Shown here piece after piece: positions 27,176 to 40,775 of a stretch of DNA of 64,000 bases (position 1 is its first letter; each line of letters begins with the position of its first letter). The notes beneath the pieces were generated by a model. The model ran no database searches, had not been told where the DNA came from, and was given only the letters and a program-made list of their open reading frames with translations. The position numbers were made by a program, and so were the translations under genes. The DNA comes from Hypanus sabinus (Eukaryota): assembly GCF_030144855.1 (NCBI RefSeq), contig NC_082725.1:10478001-10542000 (forward strand), read 5' to 3'.

Positions 27176-28791
27176 ATGTCGACATCGGGGACTATCAGCA
27201 ATTATTATGTCGACTCTCTTATAATGCATGAAAACGAGGATCTGCTGTCGTCCAGATATGCCTCGGGTCCATTGGCTCAGTCTTCCAGGCAGGCACCTCT
27301 TGCTGAGCACCCCGATTTTTCCCCATGTAACTTCCAATCTAAAGCGACCGTGTTCAGCACGTCCTGGAACCCGGTTCATGCTCAGAGTTCTGCCAATATG
27401 CCCGCCGTTTATCACCCATACATGCACCAGGCACCTATTGCCGCTACGCCTGATGGTAGGTACATGCGCTCCTGGCTAGATCCCATGCCGGGAACCTTGT
27501 CCTTCCCCGGGTTACCTTCCAGTAGACACTACGGTATCAAACCTGAGCCCGCAGCTGCCCGCAGGAATGACTGCACCACGTTTGAAACACACACGTTAGC
27601 CCTCTCAGATTATCCTTGTGGACCATCTCCCGGTGATAAACGTCTGGCCGAGATTTCCTTTTCTGAAAATAATGGAGAGGTTGAGCCAAACGCAGATAAG
27701 CTGCACTTGGATCCAAGTAAGTATGGAAATCTCGCATCTTTTTTAAAAAAAACTTTTCTAAGGATTATAAATTAGAGTCATTTTATATACTTGACTTTTT
27801 CATTGCGTGCAGTAATAAAAAACATTTATCTCCTTCTAATTATGTGTTTTGTATGTGTGTGTATGTGTGTGTCTGAAAGAGAGAGAGAGAGTGAGTGAGT
27901 GAGAGTATTATGCATAAATTTAAGGTATTTGATCAAGGTTCATTTGTACGTTTTAGGGCATTTCCATGGACAGAAACCGTGTATAAATTGAATTGGTATG
28001 CATTCCTTATAACAGAGGAAGGGGAAGATATTAATTGCAGTCCCTGTAATTCAAGTGCAAGTAAATGAGATGGAGATAAGTTCACTGGAAAGATGAAATG
28101 CATGCAACACACAATGCAATTAGCTTGATTAACAATTTGTCTTAATACAGCTATTTTATCTCTTCATTTTAAACTCTGTGCAGAGACTCTCTTCACTGAA
28201 GTGAACAGTGCGTGTAAAAGTATAATCATTCAAAGATTGAAGATTCAGGATTGTTTAATGTCATTTCCAATACACAAGTGTAAAGGAGAACGAAATAATT
28301 GTTGCTCGAGATCCAATGCACCACAAAAAAAAAACACAATATGATAAAAAATAATATTTTTAAAAGCACGATAAATATAAATACATAAGATAATCGGTGT
28401 GAACATATGAATTTGCAGAAAACAGTTTCATCAACACAGAGTTGCCCAACCCCTATTATCTGTAAAGGTGTTTTGATTCTGGGAATATTGCAATATTTGA
28501 CCAACATGGGAAGGGAAATAAAGTAAATGTGTTTCCTTTACACTTTCAGATAACCCTTCCGCCAACTGGCTGCATGCAAGGTCCACCAGAAAAAAACGCT
28601 GTCCTTACACTAAACATCAGACGCTGGAGTTGGAGAAGGAATTCTTGTTTAATATGTACCTCACGAGAGACCGCAGATACGAAGTGGCCAGAGTCCTCAA
28701 TCTCACCGAACGGCAAGTTAAAATCTGGTTTCAGAATAGAAGAATGAAGATGAAAAAGATTAACAAGGAACGACCTAAAGATGACCGGTGA
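27176..28791 (+). CDS. hoxa9: Homeobox protein Hox-A9; join(27176..27716,28550..28791), 260 aa
   Basis: Starts [14 protein letters not shown]; contains DGRYMRSWL and HYGIKPEP. Donor a|gtaagt at 27717 and acceptor tttcag at 28549. Exon 2 reads [23 protein letters not shown]...[12 protein letters not shown]. Confidence 0.97.
27850..27905. repeat. Compound (TG)n/(GA)n/(GTGA)n repeat in the HoxA9 intron
   Basis: Direct inspection. Confidence 0.85.
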
Positions 28792-30160
28792 CACGGATTA
28801 AAATATCTTGGAAGGGGAAAGGACTAACTCACTATTACAATCGAAACAGACCCTGCTTAGAAAGACATTGAGAACATTATATCATACCATTAGCACAAAT
28901 TACTCCTTTGCCAGTTCTGGACTACACTTGGTGGGAAAGACTAATGCATTGGTTAGATGGGAACCAAAGATGGAGACATCTACGGCAAGGTTAAGTCTGT
29001 GGCTACGGAAGCTACCTTTACATGAAAACTACCTTCTATAAATCTACCGCTATTCTGTGCGGGCAGTAATTCAGTAATACTGTATTAGTTTAATATTTAC
29101 TCGTTTTACACGCAGCAAACGATGCTGCCTATATACTTGAATCCCTGTGTCTGTCGTGATTATCTCTGTGACTGGGCCTATGTGCTTGGGCGGTGTCTGA
29201 GTTAAGATCGTGTAAACCAACAAAAGAAAAAACTCAGCTCAACTCAGGATGTTTAATATAAAACTAACAGGCTGTGTGTTGGACATGAAATGTTATTTTC
29301 GTGGTGAACTTGGGACATATATTGTATTATTTTCACTGTGAATTAACTTGTAAAAAAAAAACGCCGGGCTTTATGCTGTCTTTGTGAGACTGAGTAACGG
29401 CCTTGCCTGGGTGCATGACGATTGTGTTGTTCTTCAGCAAGTATATGAAACTGAATTGCATAGAATGCTAATATAAGTTTTATTTAAAATAAAAAGCAGC
29501 GCTGAACATTCTGCTAAACGATACTATTGTCTATTGTGATGAAAGCACGAATAAAGTTCTCAGACACTTTGTATTTATCGGTGTTGTGGTGCAAAGAAAA
29601 GTATAAGATTTGGTTTAAAACTACCTATATGTATAACTAGTAACTACCTATGTTTCGTGTGTAAATGTCACTCTTAAAAACTGTCTAGATGCATTTATGC
29701 GATGGAAAGAAAACAATATTGTCAATAAAGGTAATGTGTACAATACAAGGAAAATATTTGGGTGCAATAGAAAGAGCATATACCACTAATGTGTTTTAAA
29801 TGGGATTTTCTTTAGACCTGCCAAGCTAACACATTTAAACTTGTGTACACGTTTAAAATGAATACCTCGTGTCATATTGACCAAACTATACTGTTTGTAA
29901 TGAAATGTCATTTTATTTGTTGTCTAATAAAATATATGTTTCACTACATAAACACACGTGTTTTCTCGTCATGGAATTCAAACTACGGAAATGCTTCCCG
30001 GGGTACAATGTCCCCCGAATATATTTCATCTATTGAACCATAATTTCAAAATTTTTCGAAACTCACCAAACATACCCTTTTACTATATTCAACTATTCTC
30101 TACGGGTTTAAAATATTAGAATTAAACCCAAATTTTTACAACAAAAGGGATAATGAAATA

Positions 30161-30165
<5 letters not shown>

Positions 30166-30196
<31 letters not shown>
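30166..30196. repeat. (TA)n microsatellite
   Basis: Direct inspection. Confidence 0.95.
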
Positions 30197-30198
<2 letters not shown>

Positions 30199-33100
30199 AT
30201 TTCAAGGAAAAATCCGTTCAGCACCAAGACTTAGTCTCCGATATCAACACATAGTTTTGTAACAGTTAGCGACTACTTCAACAAAAGCTATTAGGTTTCT
30301 TTCCAAAATTCTGGCATTCAAAATTTGATCTACTCTTTGGATTTCCCGGAATAAACATGAGATGTTTACTCGTAACTAAAACTAGAGTTCGAGGTTTCGG
30401 GCGGGTGGGGGGGGGGGGGGGAGGAAAAATATCATAAACATTGAAGTAGTAGCTTTGTTTTGGAAGCGGATTTGATGACGCAGGGTCTGAATACATTTGA
30501 GCTTAACGCCCAGTTATCACCAATTAACCCGAGAACCTGCAAAAGCGCTCTAACAACTTGTATTTGTCGCTTGGCCATGCTCCAATGCGGCTGGCTATTT
30601 ATACGATTTGTTGTGGGTTACTTATGCAAGAAATGCAGTAATTTTACTCGGAGTGGAAATAGATAACCTTGATCCAGTTGCCTGTGAAAAAACCCCAATG
30701 TTATTGGGATTTCATCACATTATAATGAAACGAATATCTATATATTCTTTTTTAAAAAATCAGTCTGGCAGTAATCCTTGCCGCCATTTCCTTAACATAT
30801 CAACACAAAAGAATCGGAGCCTTTGAAAGCAAAGAAAGTTAAATTAGTCTTTGAGTTTCCTCCACCAACAAAAAGTACACGATTTGGCCATTTGTGCAAC
30901 TTCCTTGCTAATTGTACGATCCCTAGTAACTTTTTAAATCCCCGAAGACAGTTTGGATGGATTTAGTGGGATTCAAACGGTTTGGGATTTGGACGCAAAG
31001 GCCCGGGGTAGCAGCAAGTCTTGGCAGTGGCTGTCGTTAGTAAAATTCAGAGTGGTGTACCGCAATAAAATAAAATGACTGCTGTAAGCGTTTATGGGGT
31101 GTAAAACGCTGGAGGTTAAGGGGCGAAGTACATAAACACGACACTGACGATCGAAGTATTCTTCATGTCTAGGGTAAACACGCGAATAGGGTTTACAGTA
31201 ATTAAAATAAAATTTTATTATGATATTAAAACAGTTGGTAAATTGAAATTGCTTTATTTTATTTTTTAAAGTGTTCAGTCTGGAGGGTTAGAATGTTGCG
31301 ACGCCCTCTGTTGTTACATATGGAACTTCAAAGACTAAACAGGGAGACTTGCAATAAAATAAAGGGTCTGGCAAGCCGTCTGGAATTCAGGTTTTAATGA
31401 GTTTACAACTGTCCAGCTACAATCAGTATTTTTCCAGGGAAGGCCATCCATTTGTTTTGTCTGGCTGCTTAGACAAAAGGGTCTGCGGAAATAACGACCT
31501 TTATTAGTCTCGTCTCTAACGTGGGCCCCTCACATATCTCTTTACTAATTTATTGCGTCTAGTGGCAAAAATAACTGATATATAGTTATTTTAAGTCTGT
31601 TTTTAAATGTTCGATATTTAATTGGGTAGATATAAGTAAATATCTGATTGAAATCGATGGAGTTACTAGATTCAACACAGTTTAGACAAGGCTTTTCTGG
31701 GCATTCCCATTCAGCAGTTCTTTTTGAAGCAAGATCTCCCTACAGCCGGAAGATGGCAGTATTAATCCACAAAAGAGTTTAAAAAGAGTGCCGCCAAGCT
31801 GCCAAAAAGTGCAAATACTGTTATATCCCGGGATTTATTTATACAGTAGGTTGTAAATAGGATGAAAACATCTACGACAAATGACACTTGTAAATTCGGA
31901 CTGTGGTCGATGGAGTATATTCATTTTGAATCTATCAACTCATTTGTGAACAGATTAATTCCACTTCACACAGGGTCTGAAAACCATTTGTACTTTAGTG
32001 TTTTATTTTTAATGTACAATAAGGCGTTTTAAATTGGTTATTTTCCACTCTATTCCTCAGCCCTACTGTGCAGTTTGCAGTACTGGAGAGCAATTAAAAG
32101 TTACTTGAAAACGAATCATTAAATATCTGCACATAAAATCGTGCATATAAACTACGTGCACAGTACGTCCGCTCACTCACGCAAGTATAACACAAATGCA
32201 TGTATTCAGACATATACGCATGCAGTTTCATGCCTATGATTGCATGTTAATTATTTATGTTGACTTCCTTTTCAAGAAGAGCAGGAAGAATCTCGTTAAA
32301 TGTAACACAACGAAGGAGAATAAAATCCATATCACATATAATTTATAACCAGAATTCAGATTATTATATTTAAAACACCAAATTGACACTAAATATATGT
32401 ATAATATATAGTTAGATAGAATAAGTTCGNNNNNNNNNNNNNNNNNNNNNNNNNNNNNNNNNNNNNNNNNNNNNNNNNNNNNNNNNNNNNNNNNNNNNNN
32501 NNNNNNNNNNNNNNNNNNNNNNNNNNNNNNNNNNNNNNNNNNNNNNNNNNNNNNNNNNNNNNNNNNNNNNNCGCGGCTGTGATCTGGTCTGAATGAGAAC
32601 AAGAGATTACTGAAATAAGCGATAATTTTATTTTATATGAAGTCAGAAAATTATAGATTTCAAAGATGATAATTCAGTGCAACATAAGCTAATGCATTTT
32701 AAATATAGATAAGTATTAAATAAGGACGTCGTGAAAGGCGCGGTAAATTCATTCAAATAAGTTTTAGAATCTGCATGAAATGATTAATAATTTATTTAAA
32801 TTTGATAATGGTAACCAAATAAAAAGTTTTAAGGGGATACACGTTTATTTTTACATATGTGATGTCATCTGCATAATATTTTATTGTTGGATCAAACTGC
32901 GACATTTAAGCATATAATTTTTTAAAAGGGTAGTCTCTATAGAAACTCCCCCACATTGGTCTTGGAATGAATGAGGGGGTGGCCGGCGTTAAAGAAGGCC
33001 TATTTATTACCAGAATCGGAATATTTGAAGACATTCACTCAAGTTTATTTTGAAAGTCAAAAACGTACAACTACTTTTTGGAAGCATATTCGCTTTTACC

Positions 33101-36100
33101 TTTTGGAACAAAGCCGTGGCTCTATCGCCGCACTGAAAAGTGCTGCACATGGATTCAAAAGTTCGTCGGATAGCCACAGAATTACGAACACGTGAATGAT
33201 AATTATTTCACGATATATTCTAAAAATGATGCTCGTAAATTGTATATATTCAAACGTGTATCCGCACGCGTGTGTTTGCACATTCTTGCCACAACGCTAT
33301 GCTAATTTAGCAAAACTAGGCTTCCATTTTTTCTTAATAAGCTGCAGAGAGGAATCTGGAAGTTTTACAGCTCTATAATAGATTCCAAACTACAGCAAAT
33401 GAGTTGTAATGGAATTTGATATAAAGGTATTTCAAAATATGTTGACAGCCAAGATATATATTATTATTCAATCGCATTTCAAATATATGCTTCGTGATCA
33501 AGTGCTCGTTGCTACTTTGTCTATTGAAGTGTAAAGTTCCCAGCTGCAGTTTCAATATGATCTGTTGCTGTGCAACATAATCTTAATGTTCCATAAAGTA
33601 TTTTTTTCATGTATTTGCAACCGGCTGCCAATAACATTTAAATGTCTATTAGAATATCATAGAAAAAATACTCATCGTTGAACGGGATAGGATTTCCAAA
33701 AATGCAAAAATTTCCAGATGACATGAAATTTGCCAAAATTTCTACAAAATATTATGTTGCTACCCAATATTGTGAATACTTCTTTCTGTCTCGATGTCCG
33801 TCTCCCTCTCTGCTGGCCTGTCTGCTTTCTGTCTGTCTGTTTTCCTGTCTATCTACTTATGCAATTGAGAAATTGTTAGTAATTGAATATTTATCGATTT
33901 TCAATCGTGCAAGATCAAATATGCCAGAACTGCTGAAGATATAACAGCAGAATTGTTTAGAAACCAGCAATAATTGCAAAGCTTTATAAATCATTTTTAT
34001 TTCTAAAATTTTGGCAATGTTTGGAGTTACGGCCACAATGTTTTGATATAATCGCATTAACGTGTATCTCGCTTTCTTTGCTTCTGCACGTCCTTCAATT
34101 CGATCTGTTACAACAATGCTGCGTATAATGTACCCATGGATTCCTGGTAATAAAAAGAAAATAAAAATTGGCAATGTTGATAAATAAACAGCATCAGTGC
34201 TTGATAGGGAAGGTTACAATTTAGTTAGATAACAGAATATAAGCATACTGGCGAGGTTGGGCGGAATATTATTATTTCTTCTATATTTAACAACAAATGC
34301 AGCTAGGTTCATGCGTTCGGAATGATCATAGGACAACTGTACGAAGAAACTAGCAATCCTGGTGAATAGAGAAATATTGTGCCAAAGAAAATTGGAAAAA
34401 AATAGCTTTGGCAGTTTTCTGCTTCATGTTATTTGAAAATGATTTTATGGAACTTTGAGGAACATCGGTGTTCTTGGCGTGTATTTGACTTCAGTTAATA
34501 GCACGATTTTTATTATTATTGAAGTAATTTTGCATGGATGAAATGCTGATCTTATTCCGTTCAATTGCCTTACTTTTTATTTCAATTGACCCCCTCCTAT
34601 TGACTGGATCCTCTTAAAGTTTTCGTCGGAGATCAATTATTTCTAATCATAGAACAATCGGTAGCGGTAACATATTTTTTGCGAGGAATGTTTAGACTTA
34701 GAAAATATGATTATCACACGGTAGGTGATGGTTCTTCTCTCTGCTATATACATACGTTCTGAGTAAGTTAATTAAATCTATTTGAAAAATTATTTTTATA
34801 CATTCTTTTGACATCCTGTCAGTGTGGTAACAATCTTTGACAGCTCGAATTCGGGTTTATTTTAAGTTATTTGTACTATAAGAAAAGTTTAGAACACAAA
34901 ACCATCTCTCAAGCCGTTCGTGCGGTATTTACATTAGCTCGTTGTTTCGTTTTAGGGATGTACAGGAAATATGGAGATTACCAGCAATTTTATAGGCTGG
35001 TGGTATATAAACTAAAGATTATTTTTTAACGATCGAGGGACGAATGCAGTCCAGCAACCTCCCGATAAAGCATCTTCGCGGGTGGAAAGCCTAGAACTAG
35101 CCGGAGAGATCCAGAGTTCAAAAGAAAATAACATTTAATAACATAAAAGCAAGTGCTTCTTAAAGGATTTCAGACTCAAATGCAGAAACATATTTTATTG
35201 CAATAAGCCTTTACTTTTAACGTACCAGGTGCGTCGTTGTTAGACTGTGTGCCTGCTGTATGTACAGTGGCCTGGGGTTCCTTGCCTAAGTATAACATCG
35301 AACAAATATAACAGTTAATCTTGTGCATTGAGGCAAGAGTTCGGCTAGAAAGCAACCAAAGCCAAAGTAGAGCGACTGTCGCAATTGCAAGGAAACTCGC
35401 TTCTGAGACACCTTCCATGATCTAATGAGAGAATTAGGAGACAGAGAGAATGAAAAAAAAAAGTTGTAAAACAGAAGGAGGAAATGATGCCGGGTTAAAG
35501 CCCCTGCGGGGATCTAGTCAGATTACCTAGCAACTCCAAGAGGTTTCCACAGAATATCTGTGGCAGAGGAAATGCGGTGGTTTACAAAATGAAATTATGC
35601 ATTTTGCTACATCAGTATGCAAACGTGATAGAATACATAAAAAGATCGAGAGTTCATAGCAGGAGCTGATATCACAGCGACGCCCCGCCCAGTTCCCTTG
35701 CAGCGTTACTGTGGATTCGACCTTTTTTTTTGCATTACTATTACCCATCAAAACCACACAGATTATCCCGTAATCTAGAGATTAGATAGATGAACCCTGA
35801 TCATTAATTCCATTGGGCTCTGGTTACCATAGGCCTCCAACCCCTCCCCCATTCCCATATCCCTTTTATTTCATAGAGGAACTCATAATGCCGAATAACA
35901 GCAAACTCTTGCACAGAGAGCGCGTGTGGAACAATGGAAGAGCGCCTGTCTTTTAATTGAAACCGTGTAATGTCTACTTTTAACAAGCAAAGTGTAGAAG
36001 ATGTTTCATAATTTTGATGTAATGTGATCATCGGTTTTCTCCTATATGTGAATTTTACCTATTTCAGCCAGTAAAAGCAACGTGTCTCCTTTTTTTTGTA

Positions 36101-36359
36101 TCAAAGAAAACCTTTCATTACATTTCCAAATTCATCGTGCATCTAATTTTCAAAAGCGTTGGAGACATACCTGCGCTCTGAAAAATCTTCACATACATGT
36201 GAGGGGGATTGGCTTGTCAAGAACTTGTTAGAAGATACTTACTTTTGGAAAGTTCCACAACCTATCTATATTAATAATGCAATCTTTTATATGATTCTTG
36301 CATAATTTATTTTGAAAATAGTCGAATAACATGATTTTTACCACCTGTGATGTGGAATG

Positions 36360-36525
36360 CTATTGGGCGACGGGATCACATGGTCGGGTCACGTGAATAG
36401 AAATAAGTCGGGCCGAAGGAAAATGGGTGTTTGGTGTAAATCGGGGGTGTAATGCTGCCATATATCACGCTATCTCGTAAAACCGACACTGAAGAGTCTC
36501 GGCCAACAAATCACCAGACAAAATT
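36360..36525 (+). promoter_or_regulatory. HoxA7 proximal promoter / 5' leader
   Basis: ATTGG at 36362, E-boxes CACATG and CACGTG, and gtgtaaatc, gccatat and tcgtaaaac motifs. Confidence 0.6.
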
Positions 36526-38112
<1,587 letters not shown>

Positions 38113-39349
38113 AACATCCATCTGAAGCTTGAACTGTGCGAATGTACAAAGCTGTTTCCCAACAGCTAACAATGACATTTAACTACCTAGCCACAGTCGT
38201 GGACTATTAAAAAGATGTTGTGCGTTGGCACTCATTATACTACCTATATGTTTCAATAATCTTCTGAAATAAATAATAATTTTTCATTCTCTAATTTGGT
38301 TTTAATAAAAAAATCCAAAATCTTGATCGGCATTAGTAAAACCATAAGAAGGAAATGGGTTCAGAATAAGTTCTTTCAATACTAAAGTGAAAGCAAATGG
38401 TTGTAGACCCTTTGCCCGATGGTCATGTATTTTCCCTAGCTAATCCGAGAATCTCTTATTGCAATATAAAAAACACACAAATGAAAGGACAATTCTGAAC
38501 CTCTGCACTCTACTTAAATAAGGGAATGGGATCCCGACTCTGTGCTCCAATAGTGGAGCGATAGGAACAATATGGGCCGATAAAAAAACAAACGGTAGCC
38601 ATTGTATTAAATTCACTTACCACTCTGTGATATAAGATATATCTCATGCACTGAGCTATTTACTAGTCTTATTTTACTTTCATTAATTCGCATCCTAATC
38701 ATATTTTAAAACATTTCTGCATACCATTCACAAAATAAGAACGTCGTGACTTTAGAGGCTAATTTCCAATCCAACCAGAAACCCAAGTATTGGAGCCACT
38801 CTTATCATGTATTAGAATATCTGATGAGTTAAATAGTTTATTTCTGCTCAATTCCTCGTTTTTCTCTACATTGTTTATTGTGTTACTAGTGTGTCTTTTT
38901 ATATATACCGTCCCACCAGGGATGTAAAGCAATGGGTTGTATTCACTTGGCAATTAAATGTAAACTACCTATACCACAGTAGTGGACATCTTGCACGTTT
39001 ATGGAAACTACCTAAATGGATTAATTTAAAAAAATTGTTTCTAGACTGAGAATGTTCTTCTGGAGTCTTGATTTTTCGCCCTTCTTATAACAGTTCCATA
39101 ATATGAGAGTACGATAGTGAAATATATTCCGATATGTGTGTACTTTAATGAGGTGTGTATGTAGTCACTTTACAACAGAAACATAATGAATACTACCTAG
39201 AAGCCAGTTTACGTTTAACGCGGATGGAATCCTTTCGCAATATGCTTCAATACTATGCTGTACAAAGCAAAATAGTTGTATTAGGAGGGAGAAATTGCAT
39301 TATTACTTTTTGATGGGTGTCATTAAAATATATACTTGCTAAAGATTTC

Positions 39350-39355
39350 AATAAA
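39350..39355 (+). terminator. Probable distal HoxA7 polyadenylation signal
   Basis: AATAAA followed by a GT/T-rich downstream stretch (tgtaatcgtgtttctttaagtgttgt). Confidence 0.5.
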
Positions 39356-40639
39356 CCTTGTATTATTGACTGATGTAATCGTGTTTCTTTAAGTGTTGTA
39401 TCAGTTGTCTTAGACATGTGTACTGTTTAAATTATATTAAAAAATTAATAACCAAATGTAATAATAGAAAACCCGAACTGCATCGTCAGCTGAATATATT
39501 GTGGTTCCATATTCGGTGTGGTATTTGTCAATCGAAAGTTTGCTTTGTAGTCTGTGTATGTGTTGTTCAATAATAACCGATGTTAAAGGTTTAAGGTGCA
39601 ATCTATTTAAATATATATATTCGTTCTTGACATGTATACTTTGAATGAAAACTGTGTAAGCAAAGAAAACTCAGAAACATTAAAACGGTGCTTGAATAAA
39701 CATGGTCTCAATTTCTTGTCTGAGCCAAATACCGCCAAATGAGTGAGTATATGGTTCGTTATAAAGGTATGGGATAGATAATGACTAAGAAGAATTAAAT
39801 ATAAACATTAAATTTATGCATAACCCTTCATACATCGTCATACACCCATCATCTTCCAATAATCTCACTTTAATTATATTAAATTAAACATTGTTTTAAA
39901 ACACCTTATTGGCAATCTTTATATTAATTAAAACACATGTAAGAAAAGTCGATTGTTAAAAGTGGGTAATTGTGATTATAATTGGCCAGATGTTTTATTT
40001 TGAGAATGACATTATTCAGACGGGATACATTCGAATTGAGAAATCCGGGAAAAGTTGCAACTGAGTAGTCAACATTCGATTCTAAATCGCGCCCATTTAT
40101 CAATCTGGGAACATTGGAAGAAAACTTTTTTAAAAATGAAGCAACATTGTACTCGGACTCAGTATAAAGACAAATAAGAAGTGGGGTGAAGAGCCGAGTC
40201 CTCTGTCATCGGCGACCTTTGAACGAATTTTCGGGCAAGTGCATCTATATACGTTATGGATGCAGTGCGGCAGTGCGACCTGAAGTTGTGTCACACGGTA
40301 TGAACGAGCTGGGGTTCAGTTTCAAACGGCACCATACTTAAATAAAATGGAAAACTGGGGAGGAAAATAGGAATGGAAAGCTTCGATTAAACATTAACAC
40401 CGACTTGATGCGCCTTAATAAGAGCCTGGGTGCGGTAACAGTATTATCCTGTAAAAAAAATCCCACATATTAGAGACGAATATTACTATCATGATAACTT
40501 GTCTTCGGAAACTGGAAAAATATATTTAAACTGCGGAAAAAATCTTTTATAATTTCGCAATTTTAACTTGTCTCTTTGTTAAAAATGGCGTCTAGGACCT
40601 GCCTCCTAATAGTCATGGGGAAATGTCATAAATCCGTTG

Positions 40640-40775
40640 TTGTTTTATGAAAATTTACAACTTTGCAATAGAACTTTACGAGTTGTTCGGTTTTTCCATT
40701 GGCCGCTGAAAGTCATGTGGAGAGTAACCGTGAACATGAACTTTTTATAATTTCCCTTGCGACTATAGAGCTGCA
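40640..40775 (+). promoter_or_regulatory. Hox7/8-6 four-cluster conserved sequence (promoter-like)
   Basis: ttttatgaaaatttacaactttgcaatagaactttacgagttg...cattggccgctgaaagtcatgtg...gtgaacatgaactttttataatttccc. Contains Cdx/AbdB sites plus CCAAT and E-box motifs, at the expected position between A7 and A6. Confidence 0.75.

Noticed and set aside
32723-32750. ggacgtcgtgaaaggcgcggtaaat resembles the SINE tail at 12.8 kb
   Set aside because: Too short and degenerate to call a second element.
35073-35138. Possible HoxA8 homeobox remnant: one frame reads SSRVESLELAGE-IQSS-KENN, echoing [12 protein letters not shown] and KKENN
   Set aside because: Few identities, a deletion of most of the homeodomain would be required, and no exon 1 trace was found. 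It cannot be separated from chance without tblastn or an HMM search.
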